Origin: Bellilinea caldifistulae
GTDB lineage: Bacteria > Chloroflexota > Anaerolineae > Anaerolineales > Anaerolineaceae
Assembly: GCF_001306055.1 (NCBI RefSeq)
Contig: NZ_LGHJ01000019.1
Span: 90,001 to 122,000, forward strand
Direction: 5' to 3'
DNA: 32,000 nt
The position numbers were made by a program, and so were the translations under genes. The notes below the pieces were generated by a model. That model was not told the origin of the DNA. It saw only the letters and a program-made list of their open reading frames with translations, and ran no database searches. Below are positions 28,621 through 32,000 of the stretch, one piece after another. Position 1 is the first letter of the stretch. Each line of letters starts with the position of its first letter.

Positions 28621-29733
28621 ATGGACTTAAGTTTACTCAACCAGACTCTGCGGGATGAACGCCAGGTCAAGGCCGAAATTGAAAAAATCCGCCGCCGATT
28701 GACCCGCAGCTGGGTTCTGATGGAAATTTGCGGCGGCCAGACCCACGCAATTATGCAATCCGGGCTGGATCAACTTCTCCCCCCGGAAATTGAACTGGTT
28801 CACGGCCCCGGCTGTCCCGTTTGTGTGACTCCGCTGGAATTGATTGACAAGGCTTTGGCAATCGCTGCCCGCCCGGCAGTGATTTTCTGCTCCTTTGGGG
28901 ATATGCTGCGCGTACCGGGCTCCAATCAGGATCTCTTTTCGCTGCGTGCCGGCGGGGCTGATGTGCGGGTCGTTTATTCACCATTGGACGCCGTAAAAAT
29001 TGCCCAACAAAATCCGGAGCGGCAGGTGGTCTTCTTTGCCATTGGGTTTGAGACAACCGCTCCACCTAATGCAATGAGTGTGTTACAAGCCAAAGCTCTC
29101 GGCTTGAAGAACTACTCCGTGCTTGTCTCTCAGGTGTTGGTACCCCCTGCAATGCACGCCATCTTGTCCTCCCCACACAACCGCGTACAGGGCTTTCTTC
29201 TTGCCGGGCATGTTTGCACAGTCATGGGATATCAGGACTATCTACCGATTGCAGATCAGTACCGTGTGCCGATGGCTGTTACCGGCTTCGAGCCCCTGGA
29301 TCTGGTTCGGGGCATTTATTCGGTTGTAAAAATGCTGGAACAGAACGAGGTGAGGGTCGAAAACGCCTACGCCCGCGTAGTCAAACCCGAAGGCAATCTG
29401 GCTGCTCAGGCCATCATCCAAAAAGTGTTTCAGCCGGTTGATCGCAACTGGCGCGGGATCGGCCGCATCCCGCTCAGTGGATGGGGTTTACGGCCTGAAT
29501 TTTCTGAATTTGACGCCGAGCTTCGTTTTGATGTAGGAAACATTCAAACCAGCGAATCACCTCTGTGCATTGCCGGGCAGATCTTACAAGGTCTTAAGAA
29601 ACCTTTCGACTGCCCCGCATTTGCCGATCCATGCACCCCGCAAAACCCGCTGGGAGCACCGATGGTTTCCGCTGAAGGGGCATGTTCTGCCTATTACCGC
29701 TTTGCCCGTAGTTCGGCATCCATGAAAGGATAA
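28621..29733 (+). CDS. hypD: Hydrogenase Fe(CN)2CO assembly protein HypD
   Basis: Motifs [18 protein letters not shown] and FETTAP, plus C-terminal Cys-rich cluster motifs. Confidence 0.95.
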   Translation: MDLSLLNQTLRDERQVKAEIEKIRRRLTRSWVLMEICGGQTHAIMQSGLDQLLPPEIELVHGPGCPVCVTPLELIDKALAIAARPAVIFCSFGDMLRVPGSNQDLFSLRAGGADVRVVYSPLDAVKIAQQNPERQVVFFAIGFETTAPPNAMSVLQAKALGLKNYSVLVSQVLVPPAMHAILSSPHNRVQGFLLAGHVCTVMGYQDYLPIADQYRVPMAVTGFEPLDLVRGIYSVVKMLEQNEVRVENAYARVVKPEGNLAAQAIIQKVFQPVDRNWRGIGRIPLSGWGLRPEFSEFDAELRFDVGNIQTSESPLCIAGQILQGLKKPFDCPAFADPCTPQNPLGAPMVSAEGACSAYYRFARSSASMKG

Positions 29734-29738
29734 CGACC

Positions 29739-30803
29739 ATGTCAGAGGCTTCCTTTCCCTCCATGGAAGGGCCGGTTTGTCCCCTTCCGCTGAAGCATGA
29801 TGACCAGATCATTTTAGGACATGGCAGCGGTGGACGCCTGACCCACGATTTAATCAAAAATATATTTTTACCCTACCTAAGCAGCCCTCCTCTCCTGAGC
29901 GGAGATGATTTCGCCCGCCTGACGAGACCGAACGGCGAAGTGGTCGTTTCTACCGATTGTCATATCGTCAGCCCGCTTTTCTTTCCCGGCGGCGACATCG
30001 GCAGATTGGCGGTATGTGGTACGGTTAACGACATTGCAGTCTCCGGCGCGCAACCTCTGTATCTGACCGCCGGTTTTATTCTAGAAGAGGGCTTACCGGT
30101 TCAAACGCTCGTACGGATTTTAGAATCCATGCGCATTGCAGCCCAGGAAGCCAGCATCCAAATTGTTGCGGGGGATACCAAAGTGGTGGAAAAAGGCAAA
30201 GCAGACGGGCTCTTCATCACCACAACCGGCTTTGGCTTTTTACCCGAAGGCAGAACCATCAATGGCAGTCAGGCTCAGCCCGGTGATGTGATCCTCGTAT
30301 CCGGCAGCATGGGCGATCACGGTATTGCCGTCCTGGCAGAACGGGGTGAATTGGGATTTTCCGCCGAAATTCAGTCGGATGTCGCCCCGCTAAACGGTCT
30401 GATTCAGGATCTTTTAGCAGCTGCGCCGCATACCCACGTTTTGCGCGATCCCACCCGCGGTGGTCTGGCAACCACCCTCAATGAAATTGCAGCACAGAGT
30501 CAGGTTGGAATGCTGCTCTACGAAAACACCATTCCGATCAATCCTGCCGTTCAGGCCGCCTGCGAGATGCTGGGATTTGACCCTCTCTACATTGCCAATG
30601 AGGGTAAGATTATCGCCATCGTTCCTCCCGATGAAGCCGAGGCTGCCCTAGAGGCGATGCACCGCCACCCCTATGGAAAATCCGCAGCTCGCATTGGGGA
30701 AGTTACCCGTAACGATGCCGGGCGAGTTCTACTCAAAACCAGGATTGGGGCTACCCGCATCCTTGACATGCTGGCTGGTGAAATCCTGCCTCGTATTTGC
30801 TAA
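29739..30803 (+). CDS. hypE: Hydrogenase maturation carbamoyl dehydratase HypE
   Basis: PurM-like fold motifs and the invariant C-terminal PRIC. Confidence 0.95.
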   Translation: MSEASFPSMEGPVCPLPLKHDDQIILGHGSGGRLTHDLIKNIFLPYLSSPPLLSGDDFARLTRPNGEVVVSTDCHIVSPLFFPGGDIGRLAVCGTVNDIAVSGAQPLYLTAGFILEEGLPVQTLVRILESMRIAAQEASIQIVAGDTKVVEKGKADGLFITTTGFGFLPEGRTINGSQAQPGDVILVSGSMGDHGIAVLAERGELGFSAEIQSDVAPLNGLIQDLLAAAPHTHVLRDPTRGGLATTLNEIAAQSQVGMLLYENTIPINPAVQAACEMLGFDPLYIANEGKIIAIVPPDEAEAALEAMHRHPYGKSAARIGEVTRNDAGRVLLKTRIGATRILDMLAGEILPRIC

Positions 30804-30808
30804 AAGAT

Positions 30809-32000
30809 TTAGCGATATTGGAACTTGCCAAAGTTCCATTCAACCTGAAAATCCGGGTTCCAGGCGTTAAAAATTCTCTGGCTCAGGCGCGCCATCAGCA
30901 TATTGGCGGGTTCAAATAACAATTGCTGCGGGTCATACAGGAAAATGACCAGCACATAATCCGTCTGTGGGCCAAAGACAATGCCAGCATCACTGATGGT
31001 GTGCAAGAGACCATCACTCTCTTCGCTCCAACCGTGTTTATGCGCAAAAGGGATACCCTCCGGTAAACCGGCTTGCCCCAACACACCAATTCGATTGCGC
31101 TTCATCATCTCTAACAAAAACGCACATTTCTCGGATGTAAGTTGACCGTTGGAGATTTCCACCAGTACCCCTTGATTTGATTCGGCACAGGAGTAAATCG
31201 CCCGCAGCATCTGTCCCATATCTCCGGCCGTGGTTTGATTGTACACATCCGGATTCAGGTTGATATCCACACGTTGATTGGCAGGGGTTTCAAATCGCCG
31301 CAAGAGCGGAGCTCCAAGGTAGAAATAACCCGCCAGAAAGGTATTACGAAAACCGGCGTTTTGTAAAAATTCGGTCACTTTCAGCGGAGCCAGTGTCGAA
31401 CCAAGGTAAGTTTCCATCATTTGATCCGCTGGTGGATTTTCCGAGTAAACCATCATTCTTTCCGCCATCCGGATGAATTCATCTGGGAACGGGGGCTCAA
31501 TTTGCATCAAAGCGGTCAGTAAAATGGGAATCTTGATGGTGGAGGCGGCTGAAAAGGCAATCTCCGCCGATACTTCCTGACCATCAGCAACGGCAAAATG
31601 CACAACTTGTTGTTCGGTCAAGTGGTAAGCAAATATTTCGGCAATTCCATTGAAATTGGCTTCCTTCAACTCGTTGATGAGCACTGCCTTGAGGAGGTTA
31701 GATCCCACTTGACTGGCGGGCTCATGCTTGACAACCAGTTCAATCTTTCGATTGAACGGATCGCGTAACACACCCTGAAAACGAGCCACCGATGCCTCCA
31801 CGTCTAAATGTCTGCCTGAGACACCCGTCGAAAAACGACTGCTGCCCGGAAGAGGGAGAGGTGGAATGGAAGATATGTCGTATCGGCTGGCAATCTCGTC
31901 TTGCAGGTATGCCCTGAGTTGAGTTTCATCCAGCGAAAATTCAATCGGTAAAACCTTGGGCTGCTGCGGCTTGTTCCAGAGGTATGCCCAAAAAGAAAAT
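30809..32000 (-). CDS. Class-A-beta-lactamase-like serine hydrolase, 5'-partial (the reading frame stays open to the window edge)
   Basis: Motifs S-T-I-K (SxxK), S-E-N (SxN) and K-H-G (KTG-like) occur in the correct order. On the minus strand, no in-frame stop or start codon occurs between 31802 and 32000. Confidence 0.65.
   Translation of the reverse strand, partial: FSFWAYLWNKPQQPKVLPIEFSLDETQLRAYLQDEIASRYDISSIPPLPLPGSSRFSTGVSGRHLDVEASVARFQGVLRDPFNRKIELVVKHEPASQVGSNLLKAVLINELKEANFNGIAEIFAYHLTEQQVVHFAVADGQEVSAEIAFSAASTIKIPILLTALMQIEPPFPDEFIRMAERMMVYSENPPADQMMETYLGSTLAPLKVTEFLQNAGFRNTFLAGYFYLGAPLLRRFETPANQRVDINLNPDVYNQTTAGDMGQMLRAIYSCAESNQGVLVEISNGQLTSEKCAFLLEMMKRNRIGVLGQAGLPEGIPFAHKHGWSEESDGLLHTISDAGIVFGPQTDYVLVIFLYDPQQLLFEPANMLMARLSQRIFNAWNPDFQVEWNFGKFQYR

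Overview
The window splits at a tRNA-His(GTG) gene (6265-6337, minus strand).

LEFT (1-6264): a plasmid- or phage-plasmid-like integrated element that abuts the 3' end of the tRNA.
- A rightward operon of four small genes of unknown function runs from a consensus promoter carrying twin operators.
- A convergent long leftward operon holds, in order: small translationally coupled ORFs, a ParA ATPase, a ribbon-helix-helix ParG-like protein, a 6x GGGGACAC repeat array, and a winged-helix replication initiator.
- The coding sequence of that initiator contains an iteron array plus an AT-rich unwinding region, a lambda O/ori-like arrangement.
- An excisionase-like double-HTH gene and a small membrane protein lie next to the tRNA. 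No integrase is present in the window.

RIGHT (6338-32000): chromosomal genes, in this order.
- hisS, directly upstream of its cognate tRNA-His.
- A four-gene signalling module: DRTGG / CBS+SpoIIAB-like GHKL kinase / DRTGG / PHP phosphoesterase.
- A 12-gene same-strand redox operon: NuoE-like, orphan GHKL ATPase, thioredoxin-like ferredoxin, long HydB-type NuoF, second NuoE, short NuoF, FocA formate channel, Cys-type formate dehydrogenase alpha, a NuoG/HoxU-like subunit with a dead molybdopterin domain, then HoxY, HoxH and the HoxW protease.
- A stand-alone cNMP-binding protein.
- A complete hypABFCDE maturation set.
- A convergent class-A-beta-lactamase-like serine hydrolase that runs off the window.

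The most interesting candidate system is the formate dehydrogenase + formate channel cassette nested inside a [NiFe] hydrogenase operon that keeps the front-end synteny of [FeFe] bifurcating hydrogenases. It has two non-equivalent diaphorase modules and an upstream kinase/phosphoesterase module with no H2-sensor protein.

All functional calls come from reading motifs in the supplied translations. No database search was run.
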